This document shows positions 1-16,000 of a DNA stretch of 64,000 nucleotides, in pieces (positions within the stretch are counted from its first letter, which is position 1; each line of letters opens with the position of its first letter). Source of the DNA: Macrostomum lignano (taxonomy: Eukaryota); NCBI GenBank assembly GCA_002269645.1, contig NIVC01001523.1, positions 62,001-126,000 on the forward strand, given 5' to 3'. The translations under genes were made by a program, and so were the position numbers. The notes below the pieces were generated by a model. The model was not told the origin of the DNA. It worked only from the letters and a program-made list of their open reading frames with translations, and did no database searches.

Positions 1-166
1 ACTTTCAATGCATGAAGACTGAAATCTGTATAGTAAGGTGCAACATTAAGGATTAAGCTTGAAAATTTGCATGGTTCTATTTGTTTGATCCCATTTTTTG
101 CTTCTAGTGCATGTTGGTACAATAACGTTTGCTGTGTTATGCCATTTTTTAAACTAACATTTTTAG

Positions 167-817
167 AGCCTCTTGGATGACTACCTAATTAAGAATGCTC
201 CCAACTCGGAGTCGAAGGTTTTCTACTTCAAGATGAAGGGCGATTATTTCCGCTACCTAGCCGAGGTGGCCACCGGCGATGAGCGCAAGAACGTTGTCGA
301 CAGCTCCGAGGGCGCCTACAAGTCCGCCACTGACCACGCCGAAACTGAGCTGGCCACCACCCATCCCATCCGCCTTGGCCTGGCCCTCAATTATTCAGTG
401 TTCTTCTACGAGATCAAGAACGACCCGGAGCGGGCTTGCCAACTGGCCAAGAAGGTGGGCGATTTGTTTATTTCACGATGGCTTGCTGTAAATTTTACTG
501 GCCTTTTAAGCACTTGGATGATTTTAAAGTTCTCGTCGCACTTTTTTTATACAGGCCTTCGACAATGCGATTGCGGATCTCGACGATCTGGCCGAAGAGT
601 CCTACAAGGATTCCACTCTGATAATGCAGTTGCTGAGGGACAATCTGACTGTAAGTATATTAGCAAATTTATTAAATTCTGTCCAATAGATCAATTTCTT
701 TTCATTTAATAAAATTTATTACACTTTTCTGATTAATTTTTTCTCCAAACCCCTTCAAATTTGCAGCTCTGGACCTCCGAGCAGGGCGGCGACGATGGCG
801 AACAGCAGGACAACTGA
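167..817 (+). CDS. 14-3-3: 14-3-3 protein, 3' half (cassette A); 5' exons lie upstream of the window
   Basis: Exons 167-454 (after ttttag; SLLDDYLIK...[12 protein letters not shown]...[15 protein letters not shown]...LAKK), 555-650 (AFDNAIADL...[17 protein letters not shown]) and 767-817 ([16 protein letters not shown]). All introns are GT-AG phase 0. Diagnostic 14-3-3 motifs are intact. Confidence 0.95.
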
Positions 818-2630
818 AATTAATTTATTAATAATTAATCATAAATCATACTAAGCGCAAATGTTAAAATGTAGAACAGAAGCAACACCCGCTACACGAA
901 TCAAACCAGTTTATTCAATTAGTTACTGAAGTATTTGAGACCATTATTGAACACATTCAACACGGACTGGCATATTAATAATAACTAATATATGTATACA
1001 ATTTAATGTAATATACGCGTACTTGTTCTCTGCTAAGCATACAAGACTGACTAAAAGTACTAAATGCTAATCTTAGGCGTTGGTTTTGACCGCAACTGAG
1101 GCGTGTAAATCTTGCTGTGTTTCTTTTTAAAAACAAAGTCTGTCATTGGATTATAGAATAGCATAAATTGCTTCGCGCATTCTGCATATATATTTTTTAC
1201 AAATTCGGTATCTATATTTATAGATCTATATTAGCGTAAATAGTGGATTTCAAAAGAAAGGAGTTTTTTACGCTGAGAGAGATGGTTTTGCACAACAAGT
1301 CAAAGTAAAGAATGGACTTTACTATATATCTAGCCAGGCATAAAATTAGCAAAGAACTAGGCTTGTTATCTGTTGTCCGTGGCTAATATTATTCGTCAAA
1401 TAATCTTTGAGCATCGTATAAAGCTTATTTGAACTACTTTTTTTAGTTGGCGTGCTTTTCAATTTGTCCATCCGTAAGCTTTTCTGTTATCAACTTTATT
1501 AACCCTATATAAACTCGACCTCTCTTTTTTTCGGCCACCCTTTTTCTACTGTCTCGAATCAGTCAAATCTGCGTTTAGGCGAAAGAAAGCTTTGGTTGAG
1601 CTTTAATTATTTGGTTATTATTAGTTAAAAAATCTGCCGTTAGAGTCAATTCTATTCAGGTCAGAAACTAAGTAGTAATGCTAGAATTCGTTAATATATT
1701 TCAGAAACCGTAGTTGGTTTGTTAGTATTTTATATATAACTGTATGTGTAAGCAAAGCACCAAGTTGCATTCAAGTTATTATTATTATTCACAATAGGAA
1801 TTCGGTACGCCTCTGGCGAAACGGTGTTCTAAGATCTGTCGCTTTGTACTCAGTCTGCAGCGTCGTCAGTCTGTCCTTTTTGGCTTTTTGAGCTTGATCA
1901 ATAAAAATAAGCTTTCTTATCCAATTCAACACACCCAAATATATATTTGGCCTTGCTGCGCTTGACTTCAATCAATTACTAATTTCTGCTTTGAAAGCAT
2001 GTGCGTTGTTTTCTGTTGCATGAGCATGCAGAAGATTGGAATGTTTCATTATAATGTGTAGTGTGCTCTGCTCATTGTACCTGAGTAACAAAACCAATCA
2101 AATATCAATTATTACGCATTTCAGTGTCTTAAAATAGCACGTTGGGCTTAATCCACATCAGCCGCAGCAAATAGGGCTCCGCGTTCTCTAAAATTCCTGA
2201 AACCCTATTTTCAACCGGAAAAGCAACAACAGCCAAGTATAGAAGTGGCTCAGGTGTTTCATTCCTTTTGCCCTGCCCATATTTGGAGAATCTTTCACTG
2301 ATCTACGAGAGCGCATATTGCGTAAACAAGAAAAATCTCATCAAAAAGTAATAATTTCGTACACTCTGCCCTACTTTCAGTAATAAAGTGTGCTTTGTAT
2401 CGATTTTCAGTCAGTACAATAGAAAACCGAATAGTTCAGCGGATTAAACACTGTTTGGTAAGGTTTTTACAAGGCCCTTATTTTATGAAGCTTCTTATAG
2501 CCACGATCAAACTAAATAAATGAACAAAATTACATGTGCACTATGCAACACGCTTTTGGAACTGCTAAATTGCTATTTAAAAATCCCCGGCCAATATATT
2601 AATAAATTGATCTGTCTCACGAAATGCCAG

Positions 2631-6403
<3,773 letters not shown>

Positions 6404-7179
6404 GCAGAGAATGCGTTTCTATCCAATGCGCTGCATAGAGACAAGGTCACCCAAAATCAAATCATTATATCATCGTTGCTGCAGCCGCAGACAAGTAGAA
6501 GTACATCGCTTGCAGTCTGCACTTTATTTATAAATTTAGCGTCAGTTATTTTACAGACTTTATTTGACAAGAAATGCCTCTCCTACAGTATTTATGGCTA
6601 CTATAAATTTAATAGCAAGGTTTTAGTTCATATTTTTTTGGTCTTGCATGCCTAGTTGACTTTTGGCTATAAGCCGCTTACAATTATATTTATAAGATTG
6701 TTCACTGCCGTTTAAAGTGGACCTCAACTATCAAGTCGCATAAATTGTTGTTTACTGGACGCTTAGTAGATTAACCAAATTCAGCAATATCTCAATTATT
6801 TCTCTCGCAAACCAGCAAATATATCACCGGGATATCAGCTTTCCTATCCACCGAATGCTTTCCTTTGTTTAAGTATCTAATTTAAACGATTCTAATTTTG
6901 TTAAAATCTATTCGAAAAACTTTTGATTTAAAGTTATTGAAAAAAATTTAACGAAGCTCTACGCTAGTAAAAACAAGTACAAATTAAATTATTTTCTCTT
7001 TTGTTTAAGTTTCCCTAAAAAAATAAATATTTCGAATCTTTAAAGCCTGGAGCTTATATTGCTTTCGATTGTTGCCTTGCAGCAGCTGACTACTCCACGT
7101 TTTTCCTTTGCGTTCCTAAAGACTTTTTCTTCCATGCCATCTCTCATTTGCCTAACCGTCTCCTCCTCCTACTCACTTC

Positions 7180-10100
7180 TCTCTCTACTCTCTGCTCTCC
7201 CTACTCTGCTCTCCCTACTCTGCTCTCCCTACTCTGCTCTCCCTACTCTCTCCTCTCCCTACTCTGCTCTCCCTACTCTCTCCTCTCCCTACTCTGCTCT
7301 CCCTACTCTGCTCTCCCTACTCTGCTCTCCCTACTCTGCTCTCCCTACTCTGCTCTCCCTACTCTGCTCTCCCTACTCTCTCCTCTCCCTACTCTCCTCT
7401 CCCTAATCTGCTCTCCCTACTCTCTCCTCTCCCTACTCTCTCCTCTCCCTACTCTGCTCTCCCTACTCTGCTCTCCCTACTCTGCTCTCCCTACTCTCCT
7501 CTCCCTACTCTGCTCTCCCTACTCTCCTCTCCCTACTCTGCTCTCCCTACTCTCTCCTCTCCCTACTCTGCTCTCCCTACTCTCTCCTCTCCCTACTCTG
7601 CTCTCCCTACTCTCTCCTCTCCCTACTCTCTCCTCTCCCTACTCTCCTCTCCCTACTCTCCTCTCCCTACTCTGCTCTCCCTACTCTCTCCTCTCCCTAC
7701 TCTGCTCTCCCTACTCTCTCCTCTCCCTACTCTCTCCTCTCCCTACTCTCCTCTCCCTACTCTCCTCTCCCTACTCTGCTCTCCCTACTCTCTCCTCTCC
7801 CTACTCTGCTCTCCCTACTCTCTCCTCTCCCTACTCTCCTCTCCCTACTCTCTCCTCTCCCTACTCTCTCCTCTCCCTACTCTCCTCTCCCTACTCTCCT
7901 CTCCCTACTCTCCTCTCCCTACTCTGCTCTCCCTACTCTCTCCTCTCCCTACTCTGCTCTCCCTACTCTCTCCTCTCCCTACTCTCTCCTCTCCCTACTC
8001 TCCTCTCCCTACTCTCCTCTCCCTACTCTCCTCTCCCTACTCTGCTCTCCCTACTCTCTCCTCTCCCTACTCTGCTCTCCCTACTCTCTCCTCTCCCTAC
8101 TCTGCTCTCCCTACTCTCTCCTCTCCCTACTCTCTCCTCTCCCTAATCTCCTCTCCCTACTCTCCTCTCCCTACTCTGCTCTCCCTACTCTCTCCTCTCC
8201 CTACTCTGCTCTCCCTACTCTCTCCTCTCCCTACTCTCTCCTCTCCCTACTCTCCTCTCCCTACTCTCCTCTCCCTACTCTGCTCTCCCTACTCTCTCCT
8301 CTCCCTACTCTGCTCTCCCTACTCTCCTCTCCCTACTCTGCTCTCCCTACTCTCTCCTCTCCCTACTCTGCTCTCCCTACTCTGCTCTCCCTACTCTCTC
8401 CTCTCCCTACTCTGCTCTCCCTACTCTCCTCTCCCTACTCTGCTCTCCCTACTCTCTCCTCTCCCTACTCTGCTCTCCCTACTCTCTCCTCTCCCTACTC
8501 TCCTCTCCCTACTCTCCTCTCCCTACTCTCCTCTCCCTACTCTCCTCTCCCTACTCTCTCCTCTCCCTACTCTCTCCTCTCCCTACTCTCCTCTCCCTAC
8601 TCTCCTCTCCCTACTCTGCTCTCCCTACTCTCTCCTCTCCCTACTCTGCTCTCCCTACTCTCCTCTCCCTACTCTCCTCTCCCTACTCTGCTCTCCCTAC
8701 TCTCTCCTCTCCCTACTCTGCTCTCCCTACTCTCTCCTCTCCCTACTCTCTCCTCTCCCTACTCTCCTCTCCCTACTCTCCTCTCCCTACTCTGCTCTCC
8801 CTACTCTCTCCTCTCCCTACTCTCTCCTCTCTTTACTCTCCTCTCCCTACTCTCCTCTCCCTACTCTGCTCTCCCTACTCTCTCCTCTCCCTACTCTGCT
8901 CTCCCTACTCTCTCCTCTCCCTACTCTCTCCTCTCCCTACTCTCCTCTCCCTACTCTCCTCTCCCTACTCTGCTCTCCATACTCTCTCCTCTCCCTACTC
9001 TGCTCTCCCTACTCTCCTCTCCCTACTCTGCTCTCTCTACTCTCTCCTCTCCCTACTCTGCTCTCCCTACTCTGCTCTCCCTACTCTCTCCTCTCCCTAC
9101 TCTGCTCTCCCTACTCTCCTCTCCCTACTCTGCTCTCCCTACTCTCTCCTCTCCCTACTCTGCTCTCCCTACTCTCTCCTCTCCCTACTCTCTCCTCTCC
9201 CTACTCTCCTCTCCCTACTCTCCTCTCCCTACTCTGCTCTCCCTACTCTCTCCTCTCCCTACTCTGCTCTCCCTACTCTCTCCTCTCCCTACTCTCTCCT
9301 CTCCCTACTCTCCTCTCCCTACTCTCCTCTCCCTACTCTGCTCTCCCTACTCTCTCCTCTCCCTACTCTCCTCTCCCTACTCTCCTCTCCCTACTCTGCT
9401 CTCCCTACTCTCTCCTCTCCCTACTCTCCTCTCCCTACTCTCCTCTCCCTACTCTGCTCTCTCTACTCTCTCCTCTCCCTACTCTGCTCTCCCTACTCTG
9501 CTCTCCCTACTCTCTCCTCTCCCTACTCTCCTCTCCCTACTCTCCTCTCCCTACTCTGCTCTCCCTACTCTCTCCTCTCCCTACTCTGCTCTCCCTACTC
9601 TCTCCTCTCCCTACTCTGCTCTCCCTACTCTCTCCTCTCCCTACTCTGCTCTCCCTACTCTGCTCTCCCTACTCTCTCCTCTCCCTACTCTGCTCTCCCT
9701 ACTCTCTCCTCTCCCTACTCTGCTCTCCCTACTCTCTCCTCTCCCTACTCTCCTGTCCCTACTCTCTCCTCTCCCTACTCTCCTCTCCCTACTCTCTCCT
9801 CTCCCTACTCTCTCCTCTCCCTACTCTCCTCTCCCTACTCTCCTCTCCCTACTCTGCTCTCCCTACTCTCTCCTCTCCCTACTCTCCTCTCCCTACTCTC
9901 CTCTCCCTACTCTGCTCTCCCTACTCTCTCCTCTCCCTACTCTCCTCTCCCTACTCTCCTCTCCCTACTCTGCTCTCTCTACTCTCTCCTCTCCTTACTC
10001 TGCTCTCCCTACTCTGCTCTCCCTACTCTCTCCTCTCCCTACTCTCCTCTCCCTACTCTCCTCTCCCTACTCTGCTCTCCCTACTCTCTCCTCTCCCTAC

Positions 10101-11690
10101 TCTGCTCTCCCTACTCTCTCCTCTCCCTACTCTGCTCTCCCTACTCTCACCTCTCCCTACTCTGCTCTCCCTACTCTGCTCTCCCTACTCTCTCCTCTCC
10201 CTACTCTGCTCTCCCTACTCTCTCCTCTCCCTACTCTGCTCTCCCTACTCTCTCCTCTCCCTACTCTCCTCTCCCTACTCTCTCCTCTCCCTACTCTGCT
10301 CTCCCTACTCTCTCCTCTCCCTACTCTGCTCTCCCTACTCTGCTCTCCCTACTCTCTCCTCTCCCTACTCTCCTCTCCCTACTCTGCTCTCCCTACTCTC
10401 TCCTCTCCCTACTCTCCTCTCCCTACTCTGCTCTCCCTACTCTCTCCTCTCCCTACTCTCCTCTCCCTACTCTGCTCTCCCTACTCTCTCCTCTCCCTAC
10501 TCTCCTCTCCCTACTCTGCTCTCTCTACTCTGCTCTCCCTACTCTGCTCTCTCTACTCTCTCCTCTCCCCACTCTCCTCTCCCTACTCTCTCCTCTCCCT
10601 ACTCTCCTCTCCCTACTCTCCTCTCCCTACTCTGCTCTCTCTACTCTCTCCTCTCCCTACTCTGCTCTCTCTACTCTCTCCTCTCCCTACTCTGCTCTCT
10701 CTACTCTCTGCTCTCCCTACTCTGCTCTCCCTACTCTGCTCTCCCTACTCTGCTCTCCCTACTCTGCTCTCCCTACTCTGCTCTCCCTACTCTCATCTCC
10801 CTACTCTGCTCTCCCTACTCTGCTCTCCCTACTCTCCTCTCCCTACTCTGCTCTCCCTACTCTCTCCTCTCCCTACTCTCCTCTCCCTACTCTGCTCTCC
10901 CTACTCTGCTCTCCCTACTCTCTCCTCTCCCTACTCTCCTCTCCCTACTCTCCTCTCCCTACTCTCTCCTCTCCCTACTCTCCTCTCCCTACTCTGCTCT
11001 CCCTACTCTCTCCTCTCCCTACTCTCCTCTCCCTACTCTGCTTTCTCTACTCTGCTCTCCCTACTCTGCTCTCTCTACTCTCTCCTCTCCCTACTCTCCT
11101 CTCCCTACTCTCTCCTCTCCCTACTCTCCTCTCCCTACTCTCCTCTCCCTACTCTGCTCTCTCTACTCTCTCCTCTCCCTACTCTGCTTTCTCTACTCTC
11201 TCCTCTCCCTACTCTGCTCTCTCTACTCTCTCCTCTCCCTACTCTGCTCTCCCTACTCTTCTCTCCCTACTCTGCTCTCCCTACTCTGCTCTCCCTTCTC
11301 TCCTCTCCCTACTCTCCTCTCCCTACTCTGCTCTCCCTACTCTCCTCTCCCTACTCTGCTCTTCCTACTCTGCTCTCCCTACTCTGCTCTCCCTACTCTG
11401 CTCTCCCTACTCTCCTCTCCCTACTCTGCTCTCCCTACTCTCCTCTCTCTACTCCCTGCTCTCTCTACTCTCTCCTCTCTCTACTCTCTCCTCTCCCTAC
11501 TCTGCTCTCCCTACTCTCCTCTCCCTACTCTCCTCTCCCTACTCTCTCCTCTCCCTACTCTCCTCTCCCTACTCTCTCCTGTCCCTACTCTCCTCTCCCT
11601 ACTCTCTCCTCTCCCTAGTCTCCTCTCCCTACTCTCCTCTCTCTACTCCCTACTCTCTCTACTCTCTCCTCTCCCTCAACCCACTCTCTT
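7180..11690. repeat. 4.5-kb pyrimidine-rich minisatellite (CTCTCCCTACT core, 15-18 bp variants)
   Basis: Visible; almost only C/T on the plus strand. Confidence 0.97.
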
Positions 11691-12061
11691 TTTACACGCC
11701 TATTTTCCACATCCTGATGATGAAAACAATGAGTCGATTTGAATAATATCGGATTCTAAAATCGAATTTGAAGAACAGAACCAACTGATTATTGTCTCAG
11801 CAAAGATGATGAAAAGGAAAATTATCGAAATAGGAACTCATACTTCAGTGGTTATTTTATCCAGCTTGTTTACTCAATGACACAGATTGGTTTAAGCTTA
11901 TATGTAGCTGTCAGATTTATAATGTAGGCTGTAAATATTTTCATACATGTACTGTATCAAATATTGTATCAATAGCATGCACGTTTAGTTTTGAAAATTA
12001 AAAATATGATTTCAATACCAGTATGTCAGCTAAGATATCTTGTTCATCAAAACAGTGACTA

Positions 12062-12542
12062 TCAGTCCGAGTAGTCATTCTCATCAGCTTTCGCTTTGTT
12101 CGACTTCTTCTTCAAGGTCACCATTTTGCGCAGCGGCAAGCAGAGCAGTCCGGCGAGCAGAATCACTGCTCCGGCAAAGTAGAATGTGCTCACCACACTG
12201 CCCGTGATGTCTGCCAGGAAGCCTGCGGGTTTTAACACAGTGTGCCCAGGTGTGCGTTAAGTTGGTTGGCTTCATGCCAGATTGTGTAGCAATGACCCAA
12301 TTTCTTTCTAATGTGCTTTTCTATGTAAAAAATCTCCTCTCCTTCGCTCCTCTCCGTACTCTATCCTCTCCCCACTCTATCCTCTCCCTACTCTCTCCTC
12401 TCCCTACTCTCTCCTCTCCCTACTCTCTCCTCTCCCTACTCTCTCCTCTCCCTACTCTCTCCTCTCCCTACTCTCTCCTCTCCCTACTCTCTCCTCTCCC
12501 CACTCTCTCCTCTCCCTACTCTCTCCTCTCCCCACTCTCTCC

Positions 12543-12574
<32 letters not shown>

Positions 12575-13052
12575 TCCCTACTCTCTCCTCTCCCTACTCT
12601 CTCCTCTCCCTACTCTCTCCTCTCCCTACTCTCTCCTCTCCCTACTCTCTCCTCTCCCTACTCTCTCCTCTCCCTACTCTCTCCTCTCCCTACTCTCTCC
12701 TCTCCCTACTCTCTCCTCTCCCTACTCTCTCCTCTCCCTACTCTCTCCTCTCCCTACTCTCTCCTCTCCCTACTCTCTCCTCTCCCTACTCTCTCCTCTC
12801 CCCACTCTCTCCTCTCCCTACTCTCTCCTCTCCCTACTCTCTCCTCTCCCTACTCTCTCCTCTCCCCACTCTATCCTCTCCCTACTGTATCCTCTCCCTA
12901 CTCTCTCCTCTCCCTACTCTCTCCTCTCCCCACTCTCTCCTCTCCCTACTCTCTCCTCTCCCTACTCTCTCCTCTCCCTACTCTCTCCTCTCCCTACTCT
13001 CTCCTCTCCCTACTCTCTCCTCTCCCTACTCTCTCCTCTCCCCACTCTCTCC

Positions 13053-13084
<32 letters not shown>

Positions 13085-16000
13085 TCCCTACTCTCTCCTC
13101 TCCCCACTCTATCCTCTCCCTACTCTCTCCTCTCCCTACTCTCTCCTCTCCCTACTCTCTCCTCTCCCTACTCTCCTCTCCCTACTCTCCTCTCCCTACT
13201 CTCCTCTCCCTACTCTCCTCTCCCTACTCTCCTCTCCCTATACTTCTCTCCCTTCTCTCTCCTCTCCCTAATCTCATCTCCCTATTCTCATCTCCCTACT
13301 CTCATCTCCCTACTCTCCTCTCCCTACTCTCCTCTCCCTACTCTCCTCACCCTATTCTCCTCTCCATACTCTCTACTCTCTAGTAAGCATCAGCATCAGC
13401 CTATCAGAAAAATTGATATCTGAATTTTCTTGAAACTTGAAACTAAAGCTCACCAATCTCAGATGAGGAATTTGCACTTTGTTCGTTGGTTACGCAAGAT
13501 TGTCATTAATATTTACTATTTGTCAGCTACATTTGCACTCATGTAATACACTGCACACCCTGAAGTTACCTGCTAGTGGCGTGCCAATGAAAGCGGACAG
13601 GCCCTGGCATAAAATGATAAACCCGAACGCTTCTGACAAGTTGTCAATGCCGACCAGTTCAATGCCGATGATTGATCGAAGGGCAACGAAAATGGCTGAA
13701 ATTGGCAGCATATACTCATGGCATATTGACAGGCCTATCGTAGGATTGTAGCAAATTCTCAAGACCGTAGAGAATGATTGGTACGAGAGTGTCTTAGGAA
13801 GAATAGAACAGCGAGGATAGAACAAAGACCAAAATGAATTGAGGACAAAGTTAAAACCAAGAATAGTTAGAGGATACAAAGACCAGGAAGAGTTAGGTGG
13901 CACATAGACCAGGAAAAGAACGGAGGAAACAAAGACCAGGAAAAGAACGGAGGAAACAAAGACCAGGAAAAGAACGGAGGAAACAAAGACCAGGAAAAGA
14001 ACGGAGGAAAAAAAAGACCAGGAAAAGAACGGAGGAAACAAAGACCAGGAACAGAACGGAGGAAACAAAGACCAGGAAAAGAACGGAGGAAACAAAGACC
14101 AGGAAAAGAACGGAGGAAACAAAGATCAGGAAAAGAACGGAGGAAACAAAGACCAGGAAAAGAACGGAGGAAACAAAGACCAGGAAAAGAACGGAGGAAA
14201 CAAAGACCAGGAAAAGAACGGAGGAAAAAAAGACCAGGAAAAGAACGGAGGAAAAAAAGACCAGGAAAAGAACGGAGGAAACAAAGACCAGGAAAAGAAC
14301 GGAGGAAACAAAGACCAGGAAAAGAACGGAGGAAACAAAGACCAGGAAAAGAACGGAGGAAACAAAGACCAGGAAAAGAACGGAGGAAACAAAGACCAGG
14401 AAAAGAACGGAGGAAAAAAAAGACCAGGAAAAGAACGGAGGAAAAAAAGACCAGGAAAAGAACGGAGGAAACAAAGACCAGGAAAAGAACGGAGGAAAAA
14501 AAGACCAGGAAAAGAACGGAGGAAACAAAGACCAGGAAAAGAACGGAGGAAACAAAGACCAGGAAAAGAACGGAGGAAACAAAGACCAGGAAAAGAACGG
14601 AGGAAACAAAGACCAGGAAAAGAACGGAGGAAACAAAGACTAGGAAGAGAACGGAGGACACAAGGATCCGAAAGTGCTAGGGGACACAAAGACCCAGCAA
14701 GTGTTAGAAAACGCAAAGACCCAGCAAGTGTTAGAAAACACAAAGACAAGGAAGAGAGCGCTGGACACAAAACTAATCAATAAATTAAAAACGCAGAAAA
14801 AACAGGTGAGAATTTCCAATTGTCTGGTCGCCCCCTCAGACGCACCGATGCAGCTCCCAAACACCACACACGCCATCACCAGCAGAGCGAAGCTCCGATA
14901 CAGAACAAAAAATCCAGTAGCGATTCCACCAATAGTCAACGAGAAGCTGTTAATCAACAGACTGTCGGCCCAAGGTCGATCAGCCACCCAGCCAACAAGA
15001 AGGCGAGACACGAGGTTCACCCAGCCGGTGACGGAGATCAAGTCCTGCGGCGCCGAGTCTCTCAGCGACAGAGACTTAGCGTACACGGGTATGTAGGTGA
15101 ACGGAATGTAGAATCCTGTGGGATGCGGTAACGAACGAATGCAATAATTTTAAGAATTGAGTAGCAATCTGAAATTCATTTAGCATATCGCAAAGTACTA
15201 TCTGAAGCTAGGAATAGGAGTTTCTCGGAAGCCTCACCGGCCATGCAGAGGAAGCAGGCTGCTCCATAGATGGCCAAAGCTGGATTTCCTCGCAGCAGCC
15301 GGAGCAGTTTCAAAGCCTCCCGGCTCAGTCGTCGAAGTCGAGCTTTCAAGCTGTCATTCTCATCGTCGGCTGTTGAAGCCTGCGGCATCTCCTGCGAGGC
15401 CTCCAGTCGCAGAATTTCATCTCGAAGTACGTCTAGGTTAGTTGTAGAAGCGGCCGCCGCAGCCAACTGCCAGTCACTGCCACCGACTGAACGAAATTTC
15501 GGTCGAGAGATGTCGATCCGGTGTAGTCGACGTTGGCGATGCTGCTGAACGTTCGATGCACTACTCTGGGCGAGGCCTGTAAGGCTGCTGCGATTTGAGT
15601 AAGTATTTTATGCGATGTTTAAATTCTGAGAGGTGATTCGTGAGGTTCTCTACGTTGCTTTGCACGAAACTTAAAACCCTCCAGAGTGCTCATCTGGAAG
15701 TGATTCATGAGGTTCTCTACGTTGCTTCGCACGAAACCTAAAACCCCCCAGAGTGCTCATCTGGAAGTGATTCATGAGGTTCTCTACGTTGCTTCGCACG
15801 AAACCTAAAACCCCCCAGAGTGCTCATCTGGAAGTGATTCATGAGGTTCTCTACGTTGCTTCGCACGAAACCTAAAACCCCCCAGAGTGCTCATCTGGAA
15901 GTGATTCATGAGGTTCTCTACGTCGCTTTCCGCGAAACCTAAAACCCTCCAGAGTGCTCTGCATGATCTATTAGGCTCTCTACTGTTTTTTATCATGTCT

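Noticed and set aside
818-2630. Search for N-terminal 14-3-3 exons
   Set aside because: No AEQAERY, EERNLLS or VAYKN coding found by eye; the region is AT-rich and non-coding-like.
13523-14770. Several overlapping 200-260 aa ORFs
   Set aside because: 27-bp repeat open in many frames inside an MCT intron; only 13570-13695 is a real exon.
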